DNA of 64,000 nt from an uncultured candidate division Zixibacteria bacterium (GCA_963806185.1 CAWDXE010000006.1:160001-224000); one strand, 5' to 3'. Counted from the stretch's first letter, positions 19,515 through 31,449 are shown. Notes: generated by a model not told the origin, from the sequence alone. Translations and numbers: made by a program.

Positions 19515-22500
19515 TTATCTCGGCGGCTGAGGGCCGTTAAAATACAGGAAGTTAATCAGGTAGGTCACATCGAGAATGTTCACACTACCGTCATTGTCGA
19601 CGTCTGCAGCCACCATAGTTACCGGTTCCGGGCCTTGGCGGAAGAGATAGGAGATCAGATAGGCCATGTCGTTCATGGTGTAGCGACTGTTATTGTCAAT
19701 ATCGCCCCGGAGGAAGGCAACCACACGGATAACGGTGGTGGCGGTATCGGCCAAGCCGCCCGGGTCGGTGGCGATGATCCGGATTTGCGAGACCAGGCCG
19801 ATCTGAGCATTGTCCGGCAAGAAGATATAGTTACCCGTACCATTAAGCGAATCCACGAATCCCGCATTAGTGACAATGGGCGTAGCGGTCATGGTGAGTG
19901 TCTGCAGGTCCGGATCTGCGGCCCGAGCAACCACATTGGTGATCACATTGGCCGGACAGTTGGTAGTGTCAGCCAAGACGGTCGAGAAGACTGGAGCCTG
20001 ATTGCCGGCCTCGGTCACGTCGATCTGGATTATGGCGGTATCGCGTGCGGCCTTGGAGTCAACCGCAATGAAGCGTACCGTGTAAATACCTGCCTGACTA
20101 AAGGTTGGCGTAAAGGAGAAGGTCTTAACGTTGGTCGTCCCCACAAACGTGGCGCCGACCGGCATGTTCTGTGCGGACAGCGTCGGCAAGGTGGCACCAC
20201 CATCAGGATCGGTGGCAGAGACCACGAAGCTGAGGGTGACCCCTTCAGCGATGGTCTTGGTACCTTCGCCGCCGGCAACCGTGACAATGGGGAGGGCGTT
20301 GCGATCGAGCACCGCTATCTGTACCGGTGCGAGCGCATCTTGTACGATGGACGAATCGGCGCCGTCTTTGGCGTAAAAGCGGACGTAGTAGAAGGTTCCC
20401 GGAGATACCGCACCCTGCGAGTAGCTTGGTATGAACCTGAGCAGGGCGGAACCATTGCCCGAATCGGCAATCGACATGTTGGTCGCGAGGGAGTCGGTGA
20501 CCCCATCAAGGCGCGCCCGGATTTTCGGAATCGTACCGTCGAAATCAAAGGCGTTCACGAGGTAGATCAAGGTGTCGCCTTCGAACATGGTGCGGGCTCC
20601 ATAGGTGATGATCACCGGAGCCCGATTGGTGTCGAGCACCGAGATATTGACCAGCTGCGAATCGGCGACGCCGGCAACGTCGAAGTCCTCCGCCTTGAAA
20701 AAGACCTGATAGAAGCCGGAGTCGGTATCGGTCGGCGCCCAACTGAAGGTGCCGGTACCATTGCGATTATCCGTAAACGTCGCACCCGCAGGAAGCGGGT
20801 TGGCGGTGAGTAACGGATAGTTGGTGGCATCGACGTCGGTCGCGGAGATGTTGAAGTTCAGCGCGTTCAATTCTCTCACGCTCTTGTCAGTAATGTTGGC
20901 AAGCACCGGCGGTTGATTGCCGGCCTCGACGATGGTAAGGACGATGTCGATGGTATCGGCGACGGTGCCGTCGGTAGCGCGAATTGTGATGGTGTACGAG
21001 CCGGCTTGGAGGTAATTGGGGGCCATGTAGAAGGTTCCCAGACCGTTGCCGCTATCCGCAAAAGTAATGAGGGCGGCCGGGACGATCTCAAGCAGAGACA
21101 TCGTGACCGTACCACCATCGGGATCGTGCACTTTGATACGGAAGAGACCGGTTTGACCTTCGGTGATGGCCGGGCTGGCCGGGATGGAGTCAAACACGGG
21201 TGTCTGGTTGCCGGCTTCGATCACCTGAATAAAAACCACTTCTTTGTCGACCGCGAAGCCGTCGTACGCCTCAAAGGTGACAGCGTAGAGTCCGGCCTGT
21301 GTGAACGACGGATTAAAGGTGAAGACAGCCGTGCCATTGAGGTTGTCCACGAACGTAGCATTGGCCGGGAGCGCGCCGGTGCGCAGCACGGGAGCGCCGT
21401 CGTCCGGATCGCTTCCGGAGACATTGACGACGAGCGACTGACCCTCGGTAACGGCTTTCGTGCCGATGGCCGCGAGCACAGGCGGGAGGTTCACCGTCTT
21501 CACCACGACGTTGATCGCTATGAGAGTGGACTTGGACGGAACGCCCTGGTCGACGGCAAGGAAGTTGACGACGTTGGTCCCCGCCTGCCCGGCGGTAGGC
21601 GTAAAGCGGAAGGTGCCGGTATTGTCACCGTTATCGGTAAACGTGGCGCCCGTCGGCATGTTGACGGCCGAGAGGAATATCCGATTGCCGGCCACGGCAT
21701 CGGTGGAATCGTACGCCGTGAGCGTGAAGACCAACGGGTCGTTGACTTTCACGCCGAACGGTCCGGCCGCGGCGAACGTCGGCGGCCGATTGACATCGTT
21801 GGTAGTAACCTGCACGATTTCGACACCGGTCTGAATCGGCGTGCCGTAATCGATGGCGAAGAAGCGCACGGTATCGATGCCGGCATCGAAGTAGCCCGGC
21901 TTATACGTGAGGGTACCCGTGCCATCGTTATGATCAACAAACGTATAGTGCAGAAGGGTGGTGGACACCGACAATCTCGGGGCCACGGTCGGTGCGTCGG
22001 GATCGGAGGCGCTGACATTGAGGATGAGTGAGTCGCCTTCGTTGACAAGCGTATCGGCCACGACCGTAAAGATCGGCGGAACGTTACCGGACGGGAAGAT
22101 GGTGATCTGCACCAGTTCCGAATCGGCGAGGACACCGTCGGTCGCGACGAACGTAAGCAGGAACGAACCCTCCTGATTGAAATCAGGTGAGAAAACAAAC
22201 GTCGCAGTACCGTTGCCATTATTGGTGAAAGTGGCGTTGGTCGGCAGTGGCGACGCCGAGAAGGTCGGCAGGGTGCCGTCCGGATCAGCGGCAGTCACGT
22301 TAAACGTCAGCAGTCCGCCTTCGACCCCTGCTCGGTTGCCGATAAGGGCGAGGACAGGACGTTGATTGCCGGCCTCGGCCACGGTGATAACCACAATCTC
22401 GGAATCGATATCAGCCGGGTACTGACCGTCGGTCGCATAGAAAGTTACGTTGTAGACGCCGGCCTGAGTGAAGCCGGGGGTCCAGCTGAGCGTACCGGTA

Positions 22501-25500
22501 CCATTGAGATGGTCGGCGAAGTTCGCTCCGCTTGGTCGGGTTGACGTAGACAGGACGGGCATGACGCCATCCTGATCGGCCGCAGTGATGTCGAAACTAA
22601 GCGCCGCGCCTTCGGTGGTAGTGTACGGACCGATGGGGAAGAGAACCGGTAAACGGTTAGTATTGAGCACGGTGACATTTACCACAATGCTGTCGGCGCC
22701 GAGACTGGCGTCGGTGGCAATAAAGCGAATCGGATACAGTCCCGCTTGAGTGAAATCCGGTGAGAAGGTGAAAGTGCCGGTGCCATTGCCATTGTCGACG
22801 AAGGCGACATTAGTGGGGCTGTTCTCGATCGTGAGTGAAGGAATACCGCCGTCGGGATCAGTCGCGGAGACTGAGAAACTGAGCACTGCACCCTCGGCGA
22901 TACTGGTGTCGGCGCGGGTGGCGAACACCGGCGGCTGATTGCCGGCCTCGAGCACCGTGATGACCACGTCTTCCGAGTCGGCGGTTATGCCGTCGGAGGC
23001 GTAGAATCGGACCGTATGGAATCCGGCTTGCGTAAAGTTGGGTGTCCAGGAGAAGGAACCCGTACCATTACCGTTATCGGTGTAGACCGCGCCGGCCGGC
23101 AGCGTGCTGGTGGTCAGCGTCGGAGTCGTACCGTCGGGATCGCTCGCCGACGTGGAAAACGTCAGAAGCGTGTTCTCAGTAGTTGACTGGGCGCCGATAG
23201 CCGCCAGCACCGGATTCCGATTCAGATCGGTAACCGTGATGGTGATTGTTTCAGAATCGGCGGCGAGTCCGGCATCAGTAGCGATGAAGGTGACGGTGTA
23301 AACGCCGGCTTGCGTAAAGTCGGGATTGAAGGCGAATGAGCCGGTGCCGTCGCCATTGTCGACAAAGCCCGCATTGGCGGGAAGGGTTGAGGTCGTGAGC
23401 GTGAGCGGCGTCAATTCCGGATCGGCAGCGCTGACGGCGAAGTTCAAGGCCACATTCTCGCTGACCGTCTGATTACCAATCGCGGCCAGAATCGGCGCCT
23501 GGTTGCCGGCGTCGAGGACACTGATGGCGACCACCTCAGAATCGGTTGCCACACCATCGGAGGCATAGAAGGTCACGGAGTAGCCGCCGGACTGCGTGAA
23601 GTCAGGCGTCCAGTTGAAGGTGCCGGTACCGTCACCGTTGTCTATGAAAGTGGCGCCGGTGGGCACGGCCGTTGAGGTCAGGGTCGGAATAACGCCGTCG
23701 GCATCGGCGGCAGTGATCGTGAAGGCAAGATTGACGCCTTCATTGATCGCCTTGCCGCCAATCGCAGCCAGGACCGGCAGCTGATTGGTGTTCGACACGG
23801 TAATGGCGACCACCTCGGAATCCGTCACGGTGCCGTCTGAAGCGTAGAAGGTGACCGAGTATCCCCCGGCCTGAGTGAAGCCGGGCGTCCAGTTGAACGT
23901 CCCGGTGCCATTGGCGTTATCGATGAAAGTTGCGCCGGTCGGCAACGCGCTGGTCGTGAGGACCGGTGAATTGCCGTCAGGATCGTTGGCTGATACGCCG
24001 AAGTTCAAATTGGTGTTCTCGCTGATCGACTGTGCGCCGATAGCCGCAAGGATAGGGTCCTGATTCACGTTGTTGACCGTGATAGCGACAACTTCGGAGT
24101 CAGTAGCGATACCGTCACTAGCGTAGAACGTGACACTGTATCCGCCCGCCTGTGCGAAGGTCGGCGTCCAGTTGAACGTCCCGGTGCCGTTGGCGTTGTC
24201 AATAAACGATGCGCCACTGGGCAGGGCACTCGTGGTCAGGGTCGGCGTAGTGGCGTCGGCATCAGAGGCTGAGACACCAAAGTTCAGATTAACGTTTTCA
24301 TTTACACTCTTCGCACCGATGGCGGCCAGGATAGGCGCCAGATTAGTGGTGGAGATGGTGATCGCGACCACTTCGGAATCGGTAGCCGTACCGTCAGTCG
24401 CATAGAACGTGACACTGTACCCGCCCGCCTGGGTAAAGTCGGGGGTCCAGGTGAACGTGCCGGTACCGTTGGCGTTGTCGACAAAGCCCGCGCCGGTCGG
24501 CAGAGCTGACGTGGTAAGCGTAGGCGTAGTGCCGTCAGCATCGGAAGCAGTGATACCAAAGGTCAGAAGGGCACCCTCGACACCACCCTTGGCGCCGATG
24601 GCAGCCAGGATTGGATCCTGGTTTACGTTATTGACGGTGATCGCGACTATCTCAGAGTCGGTGGCGATGCCGTCAGAAGCGTAGAAAGTCACGTTAAATG
24701 AGCCGGACTGCGCAAAGGTCGGCGTCCAGTTAAACGTACCGGTGCCGTTGGCGTTATCGACAAACGATGCGCCGCTCGGGAGAGCGCTGGTGGTTAGGGT
24801 CGGTGTCGTTGCATCCGGATCGGAGGCTGACACGCCAAAATTCAGATTGACGTTTTCATTCACGTTTTTCGCGCCGATCGCCGCCAGAACAGGGTCGAGA
24901 TTGGTACCGGCGATAGTGATGGTGACGACTTCTGAGTCGGTAGCGACACCATCGGTAGCGCGGAAGGTAACCGGGTAGACGCCGGACTGCGTGAAGTCGG
25001 GTGTCCAGCTGAAGGTGCCGGTACCGTTGCCGTTGTCTAAGAAAGCGGCGCCGGTGGGCAGAGTTGACGTTGTGAAGGACGGCGTCGTGCCGTCGGCATC
25101 GGCGGCAGTGACGCCGAAGGTCAGGAGGGCGCCTTCCAGACCGCCCTTGGCACCTATCGCCGCAAGGACGGGGTCTTGATTGACGTTGTTCACCGTGATG
25201 GCGACAACTTCAGAATCGGTAGCCGTGCCGTCGGTGGCACGGAAGGTGACGTTGAACGAACCGGCCTGTGCGAAAGTGGGCGTCCAGTTAAACGTCCCGG
25301 TGCCGTTGCCGTTATCGATGAAAGTTGCGCCGGACGGCAGAGTGGATGTAGTAAACGACGGGGTCGTGCCGTCGGCGTCCGCAGCGGTGACGTTGAAATT
25401 CAGATTCACGTTTTCGTTGATGTTCTGTGCGCCGATAGCCGCAAGGATAGGATCCTGATTCACGTTGTTGACCGTGATAGCGACAACTTCGGAGTCAGTA

Positions 25501-28500
25501 GCGATACCGTCACTAGCGTAGAACGTGACACTGTATCCGCCCGCCTGTGCGAAGGTCGGCGTCCAGTTGAACGTCCCGGTGCCGTTGGCGTTGTCAATAA
25601 ACGATGCGCCACTGGGCAGGGCACTCGTGGTCAGGGTCGGCGTAGTGGCGTCGGCATCAGAGGCTGAGACACCAAAGTTCAGATTAACGTTTTCATTTAC
25701 ACTCTTCGCACCGATGGCGGCCAGGATAGGCGCCAGATTAGTGGTAGAGATGGTGATCGCGACCACTTCGGAATCGGTAGCCGTACCGTCAGTCGCATAG
25801 AACGTGACACTGTACCCGCCCGCCTGGGTAAAGTCGGGGGTCCAGGTGAACGTGCCGGTACCGTTGGCGTTGTCGACAAAGCCCGCGCCGGTCGGCAGAG
25901 CTGACGTGGTAAGCGTAGGCGTAGTGCCGTCAGCATCGGAAGCCGTGATACCGAAGGTCAGAAGGGCGCCCTCGACACCACCCTTGGCGCCAATAGCGGC
26001 AAGGATAGGATCCTGATTCACGTTGTTGACGGTGATAGCGACTACTTCGGAGTCGGTCGCGGTACCGTCGGAAGCGTAAAAGGTCACGCTATACGGTCCG
26101 GACTGCGCAAAGGTGGGCGTCCAGTTGAACGTACCGGTGCCGTTGGCGTTATCGACAAACGATGCGCCGCTCGGGAGAGCGCTGGTGGTTAGCGTCGGTG
26201 TCGTTGCATCCGGATCCGAAGCCGACACGCCGAAATTCAGATTGACGTTTTCATTCACGTTTTTTGCACCGATGGCGGCCAAGACTGGGTCCTGGTTAAC
26301 GTTGTTGACGGTGATGGCGACTACCTCGGAGTCGGTCACGGTACCGTCGGTGGCGTAGAAGGTCACGTTGTATGGTCCAGCCTGAGCTAAGGTCGGCGTC
26401 CAGTTGAAGGTACCAGTGCCGTTGGCATTGTCGGTGAAGCCGGCACCGGTCGGCAGAGCCGATGTAGTCAAAGTGGGCGTCGTAGCATCCGGATCGGAGG
26501 CGGACACGCCAAAATTCAGATTGGCATTTTCGTTGACTGACTTGGCACCAATGGCGGCCAGGACGGGCGCCTGATTGGTACCGGAGATTGTGATGCTGAC
26601 GACTTCAGAATCGGTGGCAACACCGTCGGTACCGCGGAACGTGACGGAGTACCCGCCGGCTTGTGTGAAGTCCGGCGTCCAGCTAAATGTCGCCGTGCCG
26701 TTGGCATTATCAATATACGTCGCGCCGGTCGGCAGAGTTGAACTGGTGAAGCTGGGCGTCGTGCCGTCGGGGTCGGAAGCGGACGTGACGAACGTCAGCA
26801 GACTTCCTTCAGCCCCATTCTTCGCACCGATGGCGGCCAGGACGGGGTCCTGGTTCACGTTGTTCACCGTGATCGCGACTACTTCAGAGTCGGTCGCGGT
26901 ACCGTCAGAGGCATAGAAGGTCACGCTATACGGCCCGGCCTGAGCGAAGGTCGGCGTCCAGTTGAAGGTACCAGTGCCATTGCCGTTGTCGGTGAAGCCG
27001 GCACCGGTGGGCAGAGCTGAGGTCGTAAGTGAAGGTGTAGTGGCGTCGGCATCGGCGGCCGAGACGCCGAAGTTCAGGTTGACGTTTTCATTCACACTCT
27101 GGGCCCCGATGGCGGCCAGCACAGGTGCTTGATTGCTACCGGAGATGGTAATGGCGACTACTTCGGAGTCGGTAGCCGTACCATCAGTCGCATAGAAGGT
27201 CACGCTGTACCCGCCCGCTTGCGTGAAGTCGGGAGTCCAGTTGAAGGTACCAGTGCCATTGCCGTTGTCGACAAAGCCCGCGCCGGTCGGCAGAGCTGAC
27301 GTGGTAAGCGTAGGCGTAGTGCCGTCAGCATCGGAAGCAGTGATACCGAAAGTCAGAAGGGCACCCTCGGCACCACCCTTGGCACCGATGGCCGCAAGGA
27401 TAGGATCCTGGTTCACGTTGTTCACCGTGATGGCGACGACTTCGGAATCGGTAGCCGTACCGTCAGTCGCGTAGAAGGTCACGCTGAACCCGCCCGCCTG
27501 CGCAAAAGTCGGCGTCCAGTTGAAGGTACCAGTGCCATTGCCGTTGTCGGTGAAGCCGGCACCGGTGGGCAGAGCTGACGTGGTCAAAGTGGGCGTGGTA
27601 GCATCCGGATCGGAAGCGGTCACGCCGAAATTCAACGCGACGTTTTCATTGACGTTCTGCGCGCCGATGGCGGCCAATATCGGGTCTTGATTTACGTTGT
27701 TCACCGTGATGGCGACGACTTCGGAATCGGTAGCCGTACCGTCAGAAGCGTAAAATGTTACGCTATAGGGACCAGCCTGAGCAAAGGTCGGTGTCCAGTT
27801 GAAGGTGCCAGTGCCATTGCCGTTGTCGGTGAAGCCCGCGCCGGTGGGCAGAGCTGACGTGGTCAAAGTGGGCGTGGTTGCGTCCGGATCGGAAGCCGAC
27901 ACACCAAAATTCAGATTAACATTTTCGTTGACCGACTTGGCACCGATGGCGGCCAGGACGGGGTCTTGATTGACGTTGTTCACTGTGATGGCGACGACTT
28001 CGGAGTCGGTAGCCGTACCATCAGTCGCATAGAAGGTCACGCTGTACCCGCCCGCTTGCGTGAAGTCGGGAGTCCAGTTAAAGGTACCAGTGCCATTGCC
28101 GTTGTCGGTGAAGCCGGCACCGGTGGGCAGAGCTGACGTGGTCAATGTCGGTGTGGTTGCGTCCGGATCGGAAGCCGACACACCAAAATTCAGCGCGACG
28201 TTTTCATTGACGTTCTGCGCACCGATGGCGGCCAGGATTGGGTCCTGGTTCACGTTGTTCACGGTGATAGCGACGGTCTCCGAGTCGGCGTCACTTGTCA
28301 CCGGATCAAGGGCGATAAAAATGACATTCACGATACCGGCCTGCGTAAAGTCAGGCGTAAACGTGAGTGTCCCGGTGCCATCGCCGTGATCGACCCACGA
28401 CGCGTTGGCCGGCAGGGGGCCGGTCTGCATGATGGGTGTTGTGGCGTCGACGTCGGTTGCCGTGTCGGCCACGGTGAGGGTCAACCCTTCGTTGATCGAC

Positions 28501-28616
28501 TGTGGGCCGATCGGGTTGAGCACGGGAGGAGCGGTTTGCGCTCCCGCAGTCATCGCGAACGCCGCGACGATCAGAAGTACCAGCAAACTCAAGCGTGTAT
28601 TCATAAGGTAAGTCAT
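19515..28616 (-). CDS. Giant 3033-aa Ig/cadherin-like (He_PIG-type) repeat protein with a C-terminal dockerin
   Basis: GGAGG RBS, signal peptide, about 30 repeats of ~93 aa (NQxPxLAAIG...DxD...LPxGAxFxDNxNGTGTFxWTP...DSE) and terminal GDIDNN...ADVDNDGSVNILDVTYLINFLY. Confidence 0.9.
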   Translation of the reverse strand: MTYLMNTRLSLLVLLIVAAFAMTAGAQTAPPVLNPIGPQSINEGLTLTVADTATDVDATTPIMQTGPLPANASWVDHGDGTGTLTFTPDFTQAGIVNVIFIALDPVTSDADSETVAITVNNVNQDPILAAIGAQNVNENVALNFGVSASDPDATTPTLTTSALPTGAGFTDNGNGTGTFNWTPDFTQAGGYSVTFYATDGTATDSEVVAITVNNVNQDPVLAAIGAKSVNENVNLNFGVSASDPDATTPTLTTSALPTGAGFTDNGNGTGTFNWTPTFAQAGPYSVTFYASDGTATDSEVVAITVNNVNQDPILAAIGAQNVNENVALNFGVTASDPDATTPTLTTSALPTGAGFTDNGNGTGTFNWTPTFAQAGGFSVTFYATDGTATDSEVVAITVNNVNQDPILAAIGAKGGAEGALLTFGITASDADGTTPTLTTSALPTGAGFVDNGNGTGTFNWTPDFTQAGGYSVTFYATDGTATDSEVVAITISGSNQAPVLAAIGAQSVNENVNLNFGVSAADADATTPSLTTSALPTGAGFTDNGNGTGTFNWTPTFAQAGPYSVTFYASDGTATDSEVVAITVNNVNQDPVLAAIGAKNGAEGSLLTFVTSASDPDGTTPSFTSSTLPTGATYIDNANGTATFSWTPDFTQAGGYSVTFRGTDGVATDSEVVSITISGTNQAPVLAAIGAKSVNENANLNFGVSASDPDATTPTLTTSALPTGAGFTDNANGTGTFNWTPTLAQAGPYNVTFYATDGTVTDSEVVAITVNNVNQDPVLAAIGAKNVNENVNLNFGVSASDPDATTPTLTTSALPSGASFVDNANGTGTFNWTPTFAQSGPYSVTFYASDGTATDSEVVAITVNNVNQDPILAAIGAKGGVEGALLTFGITASDADGTTPTLTTSALPTGAGFVDNANGTGTFTWTPDFTQAGGYSVTFYATDGTATDSEVVAITISTTNLAPILAAIGAKSVNENVNLNFGVSASDADATTPTLTTSALPSGASFIDNANGTGTFNWTPTFAQAGGYSVTFYASDGIATDSEVVAITVNNVNQDPILAAIGAQNINENVNLNFNVTAADADGTTPSFTTSTLPSGATFIDNGNGTGTFNWTPTFAQAGSFNVTFRATDGTATDSEVVAITVNNVNQDPVLAAIGAKGGLEGALLTFGVTAADADGTTPSFTTSTLPTGAAFLDNGNGTGTFSWTPDFTQSGVYPVTFRATDGVATDSEVVTITIAGTNLDPVLAAIGAKNVNENVNLNFGVSASDPDATTPTLTTSALPSGASFVDNANGTGTFNWTPTFAQSGSFNVTFYASDGIATDSEIVAITVNNVNQDPILAAIGAKGGVEGALLTFGITASDADGTTPTLTTSALPTGAGFVDNANGTGTFTWTPDFTQAGGYSVTFYATDGTATDSEVVAITISTTNLAPILAAIGAKSVNENVNLNFGVSASDADATTPTLTTSALPSGASFIDNANGTGTFNWTPTFAQAGGYSVTFYASDGIATDSEVVAITVNNVNQDPILAAIGAQSISENTNLNFGVSANDPDGNSPVLTTSALPTGATFIDNANGTGTFNWTPGFTQAGGYSVTFYASDGTVTDSEVVAITVSNTNQLPVLAAIGGKAINEGVNLAFTITAADADGVIPTLTSTAVPTGATFIDNGDGTGTFNWTPDFTQSGGYSVTFYASDGVATDSEVVAISVLDAGNQAPILAAIGNQTVSENVALNFAVSAADPELTPLTLTTSTLPANAGFVDNGDGTGSFAFNPDFTQAGVYTVTFIATDAGLAADSETITITVTDLNRNPVLAAIGAQSTTENTLLTFSTSASDPDGTTPTLTTSTLPAGAVYTDNGNGTGSFSWTPNFTQAGFHTVRFYASDGITADSEDVVITVLEAGNQPPVFATRADTSIAEGAVLSFSVSATDPDGGIPSLTIENSPTNVAFVDNGNGTGTFTFSPDFTQAGLYPIRFIATDASLGADSIVVNVTVLNTNRLPVLFPIGPYTTTEGAALSFDITAADQDGVMPVLSTSTRPSGANFADHLNGTGTLSWTPGFTQAGVYNVTFYATDGQYPADIDSEIVVITVAEAGNQRPVLALIGNRAGVEGGLLTFNVTAADPDGTLPTFSASPLPTNATFTNNGNGTATFVFSPDFNQEGSFLLTFVATDGVLADSELVQITIFPSGNVPPIFTVVADTLVNEGDSLILNVSASDPDAPTVAPRLSVSTTLLHYTFVDHNDGTGTLTYKPGYFDAGIDTVRFFAIDYGTPIQTGVEIVQVTTNDVNRPPTFAAAGPFGVKVNDPLVFTLTAYDSTDAVAGNRIFLSAVNMPTGATFTDNGDNTGTFRFTPTAGQAGTNVVNFLAVDQGVPSKSTLIAINVVVKTVNLPPVLAAIGTKAVTEGQSLVVNVSGSDPDDGAPVLRTGALPANATFVDNLNGTAVFTFNPSFTQAGLYAVTFEAYDGFAVDKEVVFIQVIEAGNQTPVFDSIPASPAITEGQTGLFRIKVHDPDGGTVTMSLLEIVPAALITFADSGNGLGTFYMAPNYLQAGSYTITIRATDGTVADTIDIVLTIVEAGNQPPVLANITDKSVRELNALNFNISATDVDATNYPLLTANPLPAGATFTDNRNGTGTFSWAPTDTDSGFYQVFFKAEDFDVAGVADSQLVNISVLDTNRAPVIITYGARTMFEGDTLIYLVNAFDFDGTIPKIRARLDGVTDSLATNMSIADSGNGSALLRFIPSYSQGAVSPGTFYYVRFYAKDGADSSIVQDALAPVQIAVLDRNALPIVTVAGGEGTKTIAEGVTLSFVVSATDPDGGATLPTLSAQNMPVGATFVGTTNVKTFSFTPTFSQAGIYTVRFIAVDSKAARDTAIIQIDVTEAGNQAPVFSTVLADTTNCPANVITNVVARAADPDLQTLTMTATPIVTNAGFVDSLNGTGNYIFLPDNAQIGLVSQIRIIATDPGGLADTATTVIRVVAFLRGDIDNNSRYTMNDMAYLISYLFRQGPEPVTMVAADVDNDGSVNILDVTYLINFLYFNGPQPPR

Positions 28617-28628
28617 CCTCCCAGTCCT

Positions 28629-31410
28629 CTATTTCAGGAAAAGCATCTTCTTAGTTTGGTTGTCGTCACCAACCTGCAAGCGGTACAGATAAAGCCCGGT
28701 GGCGACCCGACGCCCGGCGTCGGAAGTAGCATCCCAGGAAACCTTATAATCGCCCGGCGCGCGGGTGTCGTCAACGAGCGTTTTCACATGTTGGCCCAGG
28801 ACGTTGAATATTTCGAGCTTCGTCTTTTTGAAAGCCTCGTTCGATACCGGCACCGAGAATTCAATAATGGTGGTCGGATTAAACGGATTGGGGTAGTTCT
28901 GGCGAAGCAGGAAGCTGATCGGGAGCACCGGATCGACGCCCTTGGACGGTGATGGAGCCGGCCGTGGCAGTCGACAGGAGCGCTTGGGTCAGGCGGATGG
29001 CAGAGCGGTCGCCGGCGCGAAAGTCCTTTTTCGCGGTCATCGGGATTTCGACCAGATCGGCCAGTCCGGGCTGTAGTAACTCATTGTAGCGGAACGGCTT
29101 CATGTGGTAAATGAGCACCTTCATGCGGCCGCCGCCGTTGTCTTTATAGTTGATGGTGAATTTCTCGTTAAATGCCGTGAGCTTGGGAGCACCGAGCGTC
29201 ACGGTTTCGGGATCATACTCAACCTCGAGCTGAACCCCGGCTACCTGATCGGGCAATTCGGAGCGAACTGCCATGGTCTCGGAGGAGCCGGACGAAAGAT
29301 CGTCGTAGGCCAGTGACATAACGGCCACGTCGGTCGGGCTCGGCTGCGGCGGTGCCGGATTGATCGGCAGGCCGTAGATCAGATTGATGTCGGCCACGAG
29401 GTCGAAGACGTCGATGTTCGAATCAACAATGATATCGGCAGTACGGAACTGACGGAAAGTGAGGTCGAAGGTCGCGATGATCTTGGCGACGATGTTCACC
29501 AGATCGGCGACGTCAATGAACTTATCGAGGTTAACGTCGCCCGGGTTGTCGCACTCGACGACGCCGGAGTCGGTGACCAGCTCGACCGATCCGAAATTCG
29601 GATTGGGGTTGATCGAACCGCGTCCGTTCTTGAGGCCGAGCCAGTAGGTGGTCCACGGCACGGCGCTGGAATCGAGCGTCAGCCAGGCGTACATCACGGC
29701 CGTGCCGGAGGCGGAATCGACGCCGACCGGTTCATTGTTGAGGCCGAACGACAGCACCCGAACTTCACCGGGGGTGACGCCCAGATTGTCGTACACAATG
29801 TACTCAGGCACGCGGCCGCTCACGGTAAAGGAATCGACGCTCACTTGCTGATACGGCCAGGCCAGGTCAAACTGGATGCCGTAGAATGTTTTGTCAGTGA
29901 CCAGGTTGATGGGCCATTTGACTTCCGGCGTGCCGCGCAGTCCGCCGACCGGCTTCTGGCCGGGGGCGGAAACTGAGAAGAGGCGATCGCGGGCAGTCTG
30001 GTTAACAATGACGGTAACCGAACGTGTCGCGGTACTGGTCGTGGTCGCCTGGAAGGTCAGGGCAAAAGTGCCGGACTGATTGAAGTCAGGCGTGAAGCTG
30101 CAGGTACCGGTTACCTGAGTTGTGCCGACCACCGGATTTGTTGGTGAAAAATTGGCGTTATTCGGCGGCGAAACCATCGACAAGGTGATACTCTGCCCGG
30201 ATGAACCGGCCGTTCCTATTACCGAGAACGAGACCGTCTGGCCTTGATCGATGGTATAGCTGACATCGGTCGGGTTGAAGGAGATTGACGGTCCGCCCGG
30301 AGTCACACCGCTGATGGTCACCTGGGCCTGGTCGGTGGCGGTCTTGGTCGCCTTATAGGCAGTGATAGTGAAAGTCGTGGTGGTCGTGATTTGAGGCGAC
30401 GTAGTACTACCGGTTAAGGCAGTAAACTTGGGTCGATATGAAGCAAATTGCGGCGATGTTATCACTACCGAGTCTATATTCGTCGCCACCCATTGGAGGG
30501 ATGTCGTGCCATTAGAGGCCACCTCGCTCGGATTGGCGATGAGGTCGACGGTCGGGTCGGGGACGTCGACATAGGCGGTGTCAACTTTGAAGCCGCCGTT
30601 GATTTGCGTCGGCCAGACCTGATAGGAAGTGGCGACATACTGGGTGTCGACCACCAGAGGCGAGAGGCTGGTTGTGTCCTCGATAAATGTCAGCGAATCG
30701 AACCAGAGGGTACTTAGCTGAGAGCGACGGCAGCCGACAATGACCGTGTCCAAAATACCGTCAGCGGGGTGATTTGTGTCGGCCACATAGAATTCGTTAG
30801 CCTGATAGAACGTAATAGCGGTAGCCGCATTGTGGAAGACCTTGCCGGCGTGACCCAATTCCTTGACTTTGAACTTCACCGAAAACAGGTTATCAGAACC
30901 TCCGGGCAGACTGTCGATCTTGCCGAAGGGGAGGAAGTTACAGGCGATAACGTCCTTCATACCTTGATAATCGGAGATAACGAGATTGTAGAAGGTGTCG
31001 ATGGAAATCGGAAAGCCGAAATCATCGAGCACAGAATCAATGGTTTTCGGAAAGCGAGCCGACGTGACGGTGTAGTCGACGAAGTTGGAGTCGATCTCCC
31101 ATTCCAAACAGGCGTTGGTGAGTGGATCCTTGTTGATACACACCGAATCCTTCTTGTATGCCGGTGTGAGAAACGCCGTGTCGAACTTCACGAGGACCTG
31201 AAATCCGGCCGTCACCGAATCAGCATCGTAGAAGATCGGCATGCGAGCGGTATCGCCCGGCTTTCCAAGGAACGGGACGACTTTGACGAAGTCGTTCGGG
31301 CTGGGCGTAATACTGCCGCAGCCCAACTGCGCCTGTACCCCCGAGGCCCAGAGGACCAGAACCATCAGAAGAAACAGCGGAATTTTCATCAATCTCATGG
31401 TCACCCTCAT
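28629..31410 (-). CDS. Scaffoldin-like protein: cohesin-like, Ig, cohesin-like, dockerin, cohesin-like, T9SS/FlgD CTD (frameshift ~28940)
   Basis: Cohesin-like strands AGFQVLVKFD, YGIQFDLAWP and AGVQLEVEYD; dockerin GDVNLDKFIDVADL. Removing one G joins it to the CTD ORF 28629-28928. Confidence 0.75.
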
Positions 31411-31449
31411 CTATTCTCAGCAGAACTTTGCTATGATAAACTCCTGTCC

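Noticed and set aside
23500..28400. Tandem repeats as a CRISPR array
   Set aside because: These are 279-nt in-frame coding repeats with no repeat-spacer structure and no cas genes.
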